IMG/VR virus record: IMGVR_UViG_3300036399_001571
Location: 96,001-160,000 of that record
Length of the DNA: 64,000 nt
Source of the DNA: a virus
Strand: one strand, 5' to 3'
Positions 18,719-27,808 of this stretch are shown here, piece after piece. Both the position numbers and the translations under genes were made by a program. The notes beneath the pieces are model-generated. The model was not told the origin of the DNA. It saw only the letters and a program-made list of their open reading frames with translations, and made no database searches. Positions within the stretch are counted from its first letter, which is position 1; the number at the start of each line of letters is the position of its first letter.

Positions 18719-18732
18719 CGAACATGTGTTTG
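18719..18732. promoter_or_regulatory. LexA-type SOS box CGAAC-ATGT-GTTTG (1 mismatch)
   Basis: About 3 bp from the -35 of promoter copy 18699. Confidence 0.55.
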
Positions 18733-18824
18733 CCCAGCCCCGCTGCACCTTCGTGTAAAGAATTTATGCCGGGGCTTTCAGCAATGAATATCGTTGACTG
18801 AATAATTCATAAAGTGAAAACGCA

Positions 18825-18857
18825 ACCGGGGAGACTCGGTGGTGAAGTCTCCCCGGT
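18825..18857 (-). terminator. Intrinsic terminator-like hairpin
   Basis: ACCGGGGAGACT / AGTCTCCCCGGT perfect 12-bp stem after the stop of 18864-19151. Confidence 0.7.
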
Positions 18858-18863
18858 CAGGAT

Positions 18864-19151
18864 TTAGTAGACGACTACCGAGGCCTTCGTCCACTTGGTG
18901 AATGAGTGAGTGCTAGGCACTCCGTCAATGGTGAGCACTAGGAACTTTCCTGCGTTGCTCCACTTTTTATTCTCAGGTGCAATCTTTGAAATTGTTCCCG
19001 TTGCGTATCCCCACGCCTGTCGCTCACGGCGTGTGGTGTTCTTTCCGAACAGGCGAGCTTCAGTCTCGCCAGTCACCGTGTTGGTGATATAGCCAACCAG
19101 TATTTGGTCGCCGACTTCTAGGTCGCTTACTTTTACCCTTGTTGTTTCCAT
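18864..19151 (-). CDS. Hypothetical protein
   Basis: 95-aa ORF after promoter copy 19193. Confidence 0.75.
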   Translation of the reverse strand: METTRVKVSDLEVGDQILVGYITNTVTGETEARLFGKNTTRRERQAWGYATGTISKIAPENKKWSNAGKFLVLTIDGVPSTHSFTKWTKASVVVY

Positions 19152-19373
19152 TGCTATCCCCTTTCAGTTGGATAAATAAATCGTACAACAAGCGATATCA
19201 GATTTACAAAATACCCTCGAGCCCCGCAGTCGCGGTTACAGACGCGCTCTCTGCTGTCATCAAGTGAAGTCGTATGTCAAGAAGCAAGTCCTGCATTTCG
19301 CTTGAGGCTACGAGTTCACGGCTAGAGATATTGACTAGCGCCTTATCAAGAAGTGTGATTATTTCTTTTTCGT

Positions 19374-19556
19374 TCATTGTGGGCAGTCCTCGTATGGGTT
19401 GGGGTTTCCTTCATTGTCCTCGCAAGAACAGAAGCCGAATAATTCTACTTGAGTTTCGTGAGTGAGTTCAGTCAAGTCCTCGTATGACGGGGAGCCCCGT
19501 AGTTCCTCTATCACTAAACTCCAAAAATCCACAAAAAGTTTCTCTTGTGAGTTCAC
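19374..19556 (-). CDS. Small hypothetical protein
   Basis: GTG start (VNSQEK) coupled to the upstream stop; FGFCSCED..PYEDCP. Confidence 0.55.
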   Translation of the reverse strand: MNSQEKLFVDFWSLVIEELRGSPSYEDLTELTHETQVELFGFCSCEDNEGNPNPYEDCPQ

Positions 19557-19750
19557 TTCTTGCCCCTCATCTCCAAGCCGATTAGTACTACGGCAACTCC
19601 GACTAACACTTGACTTACTCCTACCCACTGAAGGATAGAGGCGAGTTCGTTACCCGTGAGAGAGGCGTAGGCGTTCTCTTTCTGCCAGAACCAAGCACCG
19701 ATTAGTGCGCTTACTGAACCAAGTCCAATAATCCAGTCGGGCTTATTCAT
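19553..19750 (-). CDS. Small two-TM membrane protein
   Basis: AGGAG SD before MNKPDW; two hydrophobic segments. Confidence 0.65.
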   Translation of the reverse strand: MNKPDWIIGLGSVSALIGAWFWQKENAYASLTGNELASILQWVGVSQVLVGVAVVLIGLEMRGKK

Positions 19751-20226
19751 TACGCACTCCTCATTGGGCATACTTCCCAAAAAGCACGATAGAAATCACT
19801 TGCCGCGTCATTCACATCGGTTATGTAATTGTTCACCGATAGGTCACGCCTTTCTGATTCCCAATAAGCGTTGTAAGCGTCTAGATATTCATCTATGACA
19901 TTTACAAAAACACTTTGCTCAAAAGACACGGTTGGTATGTCAAGTGTTCTCACATACGAGCGAAGGTCTCGTAAGGCACTCACCTTCGCCTCATATTCAG
20001 ACCGACTTGGTATTCCTCCGTTGTCTGTTGCGTTTTCCCACGACGCTTCTACATCGTCTGCGAGTAGTGAGATTTTTTCAGCAACAACCTTATTGCAGTC
20101 TTTGCCATAACTAATTGTTGTAGTTGTCGCAATGGTTGTTTCCACTGCTACGGGCTCACTGTTGCCACAAGACGAAATACTCATTACGAGTATCGCCCCT
20201 AGTAATACTGTCTTTACTGCTTTCAT
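19750..20226 (-). CDS. Putative lipoprotein
   Basis: MKAVKTVLLGAILVMSISSC signal with lipobox-like Cys, followed by a Thr-rich linker. Confidence 0.7.
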   Translation of the reverse strand: MKAVKTVLLGAILVMSISSCGNSEPVAVETTIATTTTISYGKDCNKVVAEKISLLADDVEASWENATDNGGIPSRSEYEAKVSALRDLRSYVRTLDIPTVSFEQSVFVNVIDEYLDAYNAYWESERRDLSVNNYITDVNDAASDFYRAFWEVCPMRSA

Positions 20227-20414
20227 TACTTCGCCCCCTTGACTTTGATAATGAGCGAGCAAACTCCATAAACCATTCCGAACCATAACGCTCCACCAAT
20301 CGCCATATCCAAAAAGACATATGGTGATGTTGTGTTTATGCTCCCAGCCGAAGCCGCTAACGCTCCGACTACTGCTCCAATGTTTGACGCTTTCTTTCGT
20401 GTTTCGTGTTTCAT
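20226..20414 (-). CDS. Small membrane protein
   Basis: Two hydrophobic helices; GAAAAGGGG SD. Confidence 0.65.
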   Translation of the reverse strand: MKHETRKKASNIGAVVGALAASAGSINTTSPYVFLDMAIGGALWFGMVYGVCSLIIKVKGAK

Positions 20415-20507
20415 TACTTATCCCCTTTCTAAGGGCTTGTTGTTGTTAGTAATAACTTAGGGCAACGGATATCAGATTTACAAATCCACTTATAGCCCCG
20501 GTGGATG

Positions 20508-20840
20508 TTATGCGCACTCTTCCATAACTTGACCACCATCAGTTATGCGCAACTCACAAGTGTTGTGTGTTGGTAGGTAAATTGTGTCGCCGATAGCGAG
20601 GTTTGTTCCGTACAACTTCACGAGCCTGTCCACTACTTCCATAGTGTTGCCCTCGCAGTTTGTTCGGGCTATCCAGTAAAGCGTGTCGCCCTCTTTGATA
20701 GTGACTGGTGTTCCGTCACAAAAGAACTCGCTGTCTTTTGTATTCAGTCTGTCCAAGTATCCAAATGCGAATACTGACGCAAGTGTTATTGCGATAGTGA
20801 TAAGCACTGTCTTTGCTGTTCGGTAGGTTTGTTCGTTCAT
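20508..20840 (-). CDS. Membrane-anchored LysM-domain protein
   Basis: N-terminal TM; VTIKEGDTLYWIA..N..LAIGDTIYLP LysM pattern. Confidence 0.8.
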   Translation of the reverse strand: MNEQTYRTAKTVLITIAITLASVFAFGYLDRLNTKDSEFFCDGTPVTIKEGDTLYWIARTNCEGNTMEVVDRLVKLYGTNLAIGDTIYLPTHNTCELRITDGGQVMEECA

Positions 20841-20991
20841 TGCTCTCCCTTTCAGTAGGTAACTAAATCATATCCGAGCCGATATCAGAATTACAGGATA
20901 CCCGTGCGGGGCTATTTCGAGCCTTTATGGATTTGTAAATCTGATATTGGGGACTATATGCTTTACTTATCCACGAGAAAAGGGGAAAGAA

Positions 20992-21108
20992 ATGAAAGTA
21001 TCATCACACACAAAAGCCAAGTGCCAAGAGTGCGAGCGAGTATTTGACTTGCTTGACGAGGAACAGGCAAATGAGTTTTTTCACGGTCACGATTGCGAGG
21101 GACAATGA
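20992..21108 (+). CDS. Tiny Zn-finger protein (38 aa)
   Basis: Manual ORF with CQEC..HDC after rightward promoter 20933 and AAAGGGG SD. Confidence 0.55.
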   Translation: MKVSSHTKAKCQECERVFDLLDEEQANEFFHGHDCEGQ

Positions 21109-21272
21109 GCAAGAACATTATCTGCCCTACTTGTAGTGGCTTTATTCCTAACGGGCACACGCCAGGTTTATATCCAGGTGCTATCTCACGGAAAGACAAC
21201 AAAACAGAAATTTGTTCGCAATGCGGTGAAGACGAGGCAATGGAAGATTTCTTCCGTATGATGAAGAAATGA
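21105..21272 (+). CDS. Small Zn-finger protein (55 aa)
   Basis: Manual ORF with CPTC..GAISRKDNKTEICSQCG; ATGA overlaps at both ends. Confidence 0.65.
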   Translation: MSKNIICPTCSGFIPNGHTPGLYPGAISRKDNKTEICSQCGEDEAMEDFFRMMKK

Positions 21273-21643
21273 GCGACACACCGAAAAAGCCATTCAATGA
21301 TGTATTTGTTGGAAAAGAATACGAAGATTGGAAAGCAATTGGCGAACAGCGAGGCTGGGAGAGCGGGGCTAAAGCGCCCACTCGGCAAGAAATACAGGAA
21401 GCACTTGAGGCAGGTGACGAAACTACCTTGCTTATGGACGGGTTTGACGAAGCCTTTATCGGTTGGTCACGCCGTATCAACGAACCACTACTTGCCGTCT
21501 ACGACTATGACGCAATAATCAAGGTTTGTGTTGAGCGAGACGGTATGGATTTTGAGGAAGCCGTTGAGTATGTGGACTACAATGTCATAGGTGCTTGGGT
21601 TGGCGAACAGACACCAATAATCGTTATGCCGTTTATCCACTAA
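21269..21643 (+). CDS. Conserved phage hypothetical protein
   Basis: DGFDEAFIG..AVYDY..EEAVEYVDYNVIGAWVGEQTP motif. Confidence 0.75.
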   Translation: MSDTPKKPFNDVFVGKEYEDWKAIGEQRGWESGAKAPTRQEIQEALEAGDETTLLMDGFDEAFIGWSRRINEPLLAVYDYDAIIKVCVERDGMDFEEAVEYVDYNVIGAWVGEQTPIIVMPFIH

Positions 21644-21660
21644 TTTACTATCGGAGAAAA

Positions 21661-21978
21661 ATGACAGCAGTAGCAGTAAGAGTGAGCGCACCACCGAGTG
21701 GCGATTTGCCTTGTACTGGCAGGCAGGATTTGTTTTATGGCAAGTACGCCGAAAGACCTGAAGCACGATTGCGCCGTGAAGAAAAAGCCAAAAAAGTTTG
21801 CGCTACTTGTTCACAGGCGACTATTTGCCGTGATTACGCCCGTAGTAATGGCGAAGTGTTTGGTATTTGGGGCGGAGAAACAGAAATGGAAAGATACAGC
21901 GCAGGATTTATGTTGTCAGTACCACCTCACTTGTCACGGAGAGTTGTTACTATGAAAGAAAGATATGGGAACTTATAA
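21661..21978 (+). CDS. whiB: WhiB-family Fe-S transcription factor
   Basis: C..DLFY..AKKVCATCSQATICRDYA..FGIWGGETEMER signature. Confidence 0.9.
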   Translation: MTAVAVRVSAPPSGDLPCTGRQDLFYGKYAERPEARLRREEKAKKVCATCSQATICRDYARSNGEVFGIWGGETEMERYSAGFMLSVPPHLSRRVVTMKERYGNL

Positions 21979-22189
21979 CGATTTCCTCGCCACGATTTCT
22001 ATTTACTACGAGCGACAACTTGTAGCAGGTGGAGACTTGCGATACGGGCAAATGTATATGAACCACCTTTGGGAGATAAAGCCCCGCATAGCAGAGAAAC
22101 TAAATGGTTCGTTGCTTGACCCGTTTCATAGGGATAATTGCCCACCTAAAGTCCACGAGTTTGTAGAAAGACTTTGGTCTAGCGAATAG
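21965..22189 (+). CDS. Hypothetical protein
   Basis: 74-aa ORF; LRYGQ..DPFH motif. Confidence 0.7.
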   Translation: MGTYNDFLATISIYYERQLVAGGDLRYGQMYMNHLWEIKPRIAEKLNGSLLDPFHRDNCPPKVHEFVERLWSSE

Positions 22190-22328
22190 GACAGCAAGAC
22201 GAACGGCGAGGTTTCTGAATAACCCGTGAAGGCTTTGGTTCAGCCTCTTTTTTCTTCTTTTTTTCTTCGTCTGCCATACAACAAGAATACACCTTGCGTT
22301 TCGAGCTGAGCCCCGCTAACATCTCGGT

Positions 22329-22526
22329 ATGAGTATGCCCCCGCTTTATACCTGTATTGTTTGCCAAAATGGAATTGACCCAAGCGCAGCGAGTTCTCTT
22401 AGGTTGGCAACCGTTTGGCTAAAGAGTAGCGGTAAGACAGTTCACGCCGTTGAGACCGAACTGTATCGCTATCGTCACAGTTTTTGTAGTCTTGACCCGA
22501 ACTTCCAGCAGGACAGTTTGTTCTAG
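22329..22526 (+). CDS. Small Zn-binding hypothetical protein
   Basis: CIVC..HSFC. Confidence 0.55.
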   Translation: MSMPPLYTCIVCQNGIDPSAASSLRLATVWLKSSGKTVHAVETELYRYRHSFCSLDPNFQQDSLF

Positions 22527-22744
22527 CCAAGCCTCATTGCGCCAATTGTTGGGTTCATTTCTCCAAGCGTCTTGCCAGCCGTATTGTTCGTGACGGCAAC
22601 CCGAGCGTCAAGGTTGTTGAGTGCCACCTGAACTGCGTCAAGTTTCTTGTTTATTTCCTCAACCGAATTCATTACCGACTTCATTGCTTGTTCTAACGAG
22701 GCTTCTATTTCCATAACGCCAAGCATAGCAAGTATGATGAGCCA

Positions 22745-24667
22745 GTGAGACTTTATCTTGACCACGATTTACTAGCCCTTGACTTCCCGTATGACCCAGC
22801 ACAAGTTGCCGAAGTCAAGTCAATAGCCGGGGCTAGCTGGGACAAGGTGGACAAACTGTGGAAAGCACCCGTAGCCTCAATTGACGAGGTGCGAGCCTTT
22901 GCGATAAAGCACGATTTTGAGATAACAGACGAAGTACTTAGGTTCACTGCCCCAAAGAGAGCGTCACGAAAAGGTGTGTATCTCAAAGGTGACTGGACTT
23001 ATATCCAATTCCCCTATGACAAGGTTGTACTCAAAGCAGTAAAGCAAATAGCAGGGGTAACTTGGGATAACAAAGAGATGGCGTGGAGAGCGCCACTTAC
23101 CTCAACAGCCGAAGCAATAGCGTGGGCTAACTCATTTGGAGTACTTGTGTCGCCCGAAGTACACGGAGTATCTGCCTCAATGACTAAGAAGTTAGATGAA
23201 CTAAAGGAAGCCTCACGCTCAACCGACGCTGATATAGAAGTGCCTTCACTACAAGGAACGCTACTGCCTTACCAAAGAGCAGGCGTGGAGTATGCGTCTA
23301 AAGCCCGTAGAAGTTTTATCGCAGACGAAATGGGACTTGGAAAGACGATACAAGCGATAGCGACACTGGAATATTCGTCAAAAGATAGCGAAGTGTACCC
23401 AGCAGTAATCGTCTGCCCCCCTTCACTTGTACTGAACTGGAAGTCGGAGTGGAATAGGTGGTTGCCTGATAGACGAGTTGCCGTTGTAACCAACCGTAGA
23501 GAGATACCAGAGCCCCGTTCATATGATGTGCTCGTTGTCGGATACTCAAATATTTCTCACTGGGAAAAGCAACTACTTGCGCATAACTCTTATGTGTTTG
23601 ACGAGAGCCACTACGCCAAAAGCCCAACGGCACAGCGAACTAAGTCGGCTATAAAAATGGCAAAGAGTGCCCCTAAACACGGGATAGTCCTATGTCTTAC
23701 TGGAACACCCGTAACCAATAGACCAGCGGAGTACGCCAGCCAATTAGACATAATCGGAAAACTAAAAGAGTTTGGTGGCTTGTGGGGATTTTATAGACGG
23801 TATTGTTCAGCCTTCCAAGACAGGTTTGGTCAATGGAATATCAGCGGTCACTCGCACCTTGACGAACTCAACGACAGGCTTCGTGGTACTTGCTATATCA
23901 GACGAACCAAGTCGCAAGTGCTTACTGAACTGCCACCCGTGATACACAGCACCCTTGTAGTAGAGGGGACTGATGCGGGGCTCAAGGAGTATCGGAAGGC
24001 AGAAAAAGACATAATAAAGTACATAACCGATAGAGCAAAAGAGATAGCGATAGAACTCGGGGAAAGCCCGTACTCGGCTTCGGTTATTGCGAGAATAAAA
24101 GCAGAAAGCAACGAACATCTAGTAAAACTCTCGGTACTTAGACGGCTCGCTGCGAAAGCCAAAATGCCAATGGTTGAGGAGTGGGTACAGTCCCGCATTG
24201 ACGACGGAAAGAAAGTGGTAATCGCAGCGCACCATAGAGACGTGGTAGATGAACTCGCACGAAAGTTCGGCAACCTTCGTATTCAGGGTGGTATGTCGGT
24301 TGAGGAAGTGGAAGCACAAAAAGCACGATTTCAGAACGAACCCGTAGAGACTGCGCCAGTTATTGTGTTATCTATTCAGGCAGCGAAAACTGGTCACACG
24401 CTTACAGCCTCGCAAGACATACTCTTTGTAGAACTGCCATACACGCCAGCAGACCTAGACCAAACTTACTCACGCCTTCACCGAATTGGGCAGACAGGAA
24501 GCGTTACGACTACTTATATGCTCGTTGACGGGACTATTGACGAGGAAATCTATGCGCTCATAGAAAAGAAGCGCAAGGTAGTGAACGCTTCAGTTGAGGG
24601 TGGAGAGTTCGCTGAAGGTGGCAACGCTACGCAGTTGGTACTTGACTTACTCAACCGATATCGATAA
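22745..24667 (+). CDS. SNF2/SWI2-family helicase with two N-terminal HARP-like domains
   Basis: LLPYQ, ADEMGLGKT, FDESH, LTGTP, QTYSRLHRIGQ; duplicated FPYD..VK.IAG..WD...W.AP units. Confidence 0.9.
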   Translation: MRLYLDHDLLALDFPYDPAQVAEVKSIAGASWDKVDKLWKAPVASIDEVRAFAIKHDFEITDEVLRFTAPKRASRKGVYLKGDWTYIQFPYDKVVLKAVKQIAGVTWDNKEMAWRAPLTSTAEAIAWANSFGVLVSPEVHGVSASMTKKLDELKEASRSTDADIEVPSLQGTLLPYQRAGVEYASKARRSFIADEMGLGKTIQAIATLEYSSKDSEVYPAVIVCPPSLVLNWKSEWNRWLPDRRVAVVTNRREIPEPRSYDVLVVGYSNISHWEKQLLAHNSYVFDESHYAKSPTAQRTKSAIKMAKSAPKHGIVLCLTGTPVTNRPAEYASQLDIIGKLKEFGGLWGFYRRYCSAFQDRFGQWNISGHSHLDELNDRLRGTCYIRRTKSQVLTELPPVIHSTLVVEGTDAGLKEYRKAEKDIIKYITDRAKEIAIELGESPYSASVIARIKAESNEHLVKLSVLRRLAAKAKMPMVEEWVQSRIDDGKKVVIAAHHRDVVDELARKFGNLRIQGGMSVEEVEAQKARFQNEPVETAPVIVLSIQAAKTGHTLTASQDILFVELPYTPADLDQTYSRLHRIGQTGSVTTTYMLVDGTIDEEIYALIEKKRKVVNASVEGGEFAEGGNATQLVLDLLNRYR

Positions 24668-24754
24668 GCCCCGCACTCGCTTCCGTTCTGTAAATCTGAT
24701 ATCGGGCTTACTAGGCTTACGTTGCCGTAAGGCAAACGAGCCCAATGAAAGGGG

Positions 24755-24940
24755 GTGAGCAAAATGGAACAGTGGCAAGAGGAGGGTTTCGCTTCAGAGG
24801 AGGAATTCTTTGAGTTACAGCGAAGCCTTTGCGAGGAGGAACAGCGGGCGGAATTCATTATGAGTTACGTCGCTGGTGGTGGCTTGTCAAGCGAGGCGCA
24901 AATCGCTTGGTTTCACCACAACCACTCGTGGGGCGAGTAA
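24755..24940 (+). CDS. Small hypothetical protein in its own promoter cassette
   Basis: Follows rightward promoter copy 24688. Confidence 0.6.
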   Translation: MSKMEQWQEEGFASEEEFFELQRSLCEEEQRAEFIMSYVAGGGLSSEAQIAWFHHNHSWGE

Positions 24941-25001
24941 CCCACAGAGGCAGGGGCTGGGGCTGGCAACCCTTGTCCCTCGCCTGCGCGTGTGGCGGGG
25001 C

Positions 25002-25424
25002 TTACTCGGTTTCTTTGGTTGGAACTCTGCCCATAAGTTCGTCAGCAATTAGTTTTGCGTACTTTCTGCGCAGTTTCCATACTTTTTGGTTCATTTCAGC
25101 CATTGCGTCAGTGTTTCGTGCTTTCTTTATGCTGTCGCTGTCAAACACGCCGTACTTTCTGAACAAGATGTCGTCAATATCGTTGTTTTCTATCATTATG
25201 TCGGTAATCCAATGGCCCCGCTTGTCAATGCTAAGCAACAGTTCGCAAAGACCCTCAAATCCAAACTCGTTATAGACACGATTAGTCACTAAGTCACAAA
25301 AATGCGCACGATACATAGTCTCGGCTTCGGCAGTGTGCGTCATAAACTCACTCAGCCATACGGCGAGTTCTTCTTTTGACGGAATATCACCGTCTTCACT
25401 GTCAAACTCAAAGTCGTCTTCCAT
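25002..25424 (-). CDS. Hypothetical protein
   Basis: 140-aa acidic ORF. Confidence 0.75.
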   Translation of the reverse strand: MEDDFEFDSEDGDIPSKEELAVWLSEFMTHTAEAETMYRAHFCDLVTNRVYNEFGFEGLCELLLSIDKRGHWITDIMIENNDIDDILFRKYGVFDSDSIKKARNTDAMAEMNQKVWKLRRKYAKLIADELMGRVPTKETE

Positions 25425-25480
25425 TAGCCTGCCTTCCGTTGCGCCGGGGCTCTAGTAATCAATGATACTTGTGGCAACTG

Positions 25481-26506
25481 TCAAGCCAAAGACAGAATAA
25501 CTTCTTGCGCTAACACTTTCTTTTGTGTCACCCACGAGTTGTTGTTCATTGAGGCAAGCGCCCGTTCATCTGCTTTTGCGTCACGATAATGGTCAAGGTA
25601 TTCAGCAATAGCGTTGTAAGCACTCCACCCGTTATACCCGTAGCCACCTGCGTTGCGTTCGTTGTCATACACGCCACGAACTAATGCCACTACCCCGTCA
25701 CGGTTTTTCTTTTGTCTCTCCGTACCGTTCATTTCGTTCGGGAATACCTTGTCAAGTATCGTTGCGAGTTGCGCACTTCGTGGTGGAACGTTGATAGCAA
25801 GCAAGCGATTAGCCGTAAGTTGGAATGACTTCGCCCACTCCGTTGATATTTCTAGGACTTTTTGCGCTTCCTCAATAGCATTATCAGCGTTACGAGTGTG
25901 TCGTGCCGTGAATACCCGACGAGCCGACGACTGCCCTGCGATTACCGTGTTTTTACACACCGCACGAATTGAGGTATTGGCAAAGGTGATAGCCGTCTTA
26001 CCGTCGTGTCCGTTGCGAACTAGCAAGTAACGGTCTATCTTGTCGTTGATACCCGTAGGGTCTATGACGAGTTGCCCCAAGTCAAGCGAACTAAAGAACT
26101 CTCTACCTTCGTCAAGTACGCCACAAGTATCTACTACTGCGTCGCCCTTAGAAGCCCCGACTATTGCGAGGGCATACTCCAAGCACTCACGGTTTTGCTG
26201 TACGACATAGCGAGTGCCAACCGTAGCAAGTCCGTCAAAAGTGCCGTCGGGGTTCACTCTCACGGTTGCCCGACTGTCCTCAATAACGACTGGCGTATTA
26301 TCAGGATTTCTGATTAGGTTGCCCTCTGCGTCTACGACTGCGACTTTAGTAGTGACGACATCAAAGTCTGCTTGCGCCGCCTGAAGCATTGCCTCTGCTG
26401 TTTGTAGCCCCTTCATAGGCACTCCAAGCCTATGCCACGGGACTTCACGGTCTGCGTAAGCCATTTTCGCTACGCCCTTAGTGTCTACTTCTAGCATATG
26501 CGCCAT
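25481..26506 (-). CDS. DUF932-family phage/plasmid protein
   Basis: MAH..PWHRLG; YVVQQN; RNGHDGK; RAVCKNT; RHTRN; GWSAYNAIAEY.DH. Confidence 0.9.
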   Translation of the reverse strand: MAHMLEVDTKGVAKMAYADREVPWHRLGVPMKGLQTAEAMLQAAQADFDVVTTKVAVVDAEGNLIRNPDNTPVVIEDSRATVRVNPDGTFDGLATVGTRYVVQQNRECLEYALAIVGASKGDAVVDTCGVLDEGREFFSSLDLGQLVIDPTGINDKIDRYLLVRNGHDGKTAITFANTSIRAVCKNTVIAGQSSARRVFTARHTRNADNAIEEAQKVLEISTEWAKSFQLTANRLLAINVPPRSAQLATILDKVFPNEMNGTERQKKNRDGVVALVRGVYDNERNAGGYGYNGWSAYNAIAEYLDHYRDAKADERALASMNNNSWVTQKKVLAQEVILSLA

Positions 26507-26655
26507 AACTTCGTGCCTCTCGCTGTTACTTCTAGTTAGATTTATCTAAAGGCAAGCATACACTCGCCCCCTGCCTCACAGTGTATGCCGGGGCTATCTC
26601 GACATAACAAAAAGGGGGGCAGGCTGTGACACCTACCCCCTTCGCTTTCGTTTTG

Positions 26656-26880
26656 TTAGTTGTATTCGTTGGTTAGCCAGTCATCACTTGACTTAGTGAC
26701 TGGCGTAGCGAACTGACCAAATAACTGGCGAGCATATGGTGCGACAATTTCAGCGCCTCGCTTGACGGTCTGAAACTGCGTCACCTTTCTACCTGCCTTG
26801 TATCCAACGGCACTACCTAAGCCGAACGATACGACTGCTGTCATTGTTAGTAGTACGAGTACTGCGATTATTTCTATCAC
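26656..26880 (-). CDS. Small membrane protein
   Basis: N-terminal TM; AAAGGGG SD. Confidence 0.7.
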   Translation of the reverse strand: MIEIIAVLVLLTMTAVVSFGLGSAVGYKAGRKVTQFQTVKRGAEIVAPYARQLFGQFATPVTKSSDDWLTNEYN

Positions 26881-26916
26881 TTGCTTCCCCTTTGTTAGTA
26901 GTAACTTACCTACCTA

Positions 26917-26945
26917 AGTATAGGGATAGTCATAGTACTTGTCAA
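26917..26945 (-). promoter_or_regulatory. Canonical sigma70/HrdB-type promoter TTGACA-N17-TATACT
   Basis: Near-consensus hexamers with 17-bp spacing upstream of 26656-26880. Confidence 0.75.
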
Positions 26946-27051
26946 GTCACCCGTACGACACCCGTAGGCACTTGCGAACTTCACAGAAATACGACTTGTG
27001 CCGTGTTTGTGTGGTTGTATAGGTGGCGTGGTGGCTATAAGCCCCGGCTTT

Positions 27052-27330
27052 TCACTGCCTCTTGTCGTCTACGAACTCTGCGTATGCTTTCAGTGCTTCA
27101 TCAGGTGCGCCGTCTACTAGATATTGGTGCATAACGCCTGCGAGGTCACGCCACTTGCCGTCACTTAGTACCTTCTCGGTAATCGTGTAGCCTTCGTGTT
27201 CGGTTGCCCAACTTATTGAGTGGGGCTGTGCCTTGTGTAGATAAGCAACGGCTTCGTAGTAAGTGCCGAAACTCTCAAGCACTGCGCCGTCTCTCGCTAC
27301 TTCGTAACTAATCTGCGCTTCTGTGTTCAC
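27052..27330 (-). CDS. Hypothetical protein
   Basis: 92-aa ORF; YLHKAQPHSISWATEHEGY. Confidence 0.7.
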   Translation of the reverse strand: MNTEAQISYEVARDGAVLESFGTYYEAVAYLHKAQPHSISWATEHEGYTITEKVLSDGKWRDLAGVMHQYLVDGAPDEALKAYAEFVDDKRQ

Positions 27331-27599
27331 TTGTCAAACCTCACTTCTTGAGACACTCGGATTACTTGTCCGTACTTCGCCACTAGGTCATCAGTCGCTT
27401 TCAGTGTGTTGCCGTGACACCACTTGACTGCTAAGCCACTTAGGGTATCGCCTTCCTGAACGATTACTCGGTCAATATCGCAACGATAATTTTCGTCGCC
27501 TCGCATTGAGATAATCATTGCGATAATCGTCACGAGGAATACGAGTGGGAGTGTAATCAGGTCACGCTTGCTTGGTCGGTTTGTGTAGTGGTTGTTCAT
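27327..27599 (-). CDS. Membrane-anchored LysM-domain protein
   Basis: TM LPLVFLVTIIAMII; VIVQEGDTLSGLA LysM pattern. Confidence 0.75.
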   Translation of the reverse strand: MNNHYTNRPSKRDLITLPLVFLVTIIAMIISMRGDENYRCDIDRVIVQEGDTLSGLAVKWCHGNTLKATDDLVAKYGQVIRVSQEVRFDK

Positions 27600-27808
27600 T
27601 GTCTGCCCCTTTCAGTAGGTACTAATTACACTAGGGTAGTTTGTGACAAAGGTCAAGGATTTCCGAGCCTTATGGGCATTGGGTTATACCCGTAGGGCTA
27701 CCCGTAGGCACTGCGCCAACCTCATAGGGATTAGTAGGTGGCAGGGTGAGTGTGTTGCCACTACCTATGCCGGGGCTTCGAGCTTGCTGTTCGGTAATGG
27801 CAGGTGGA

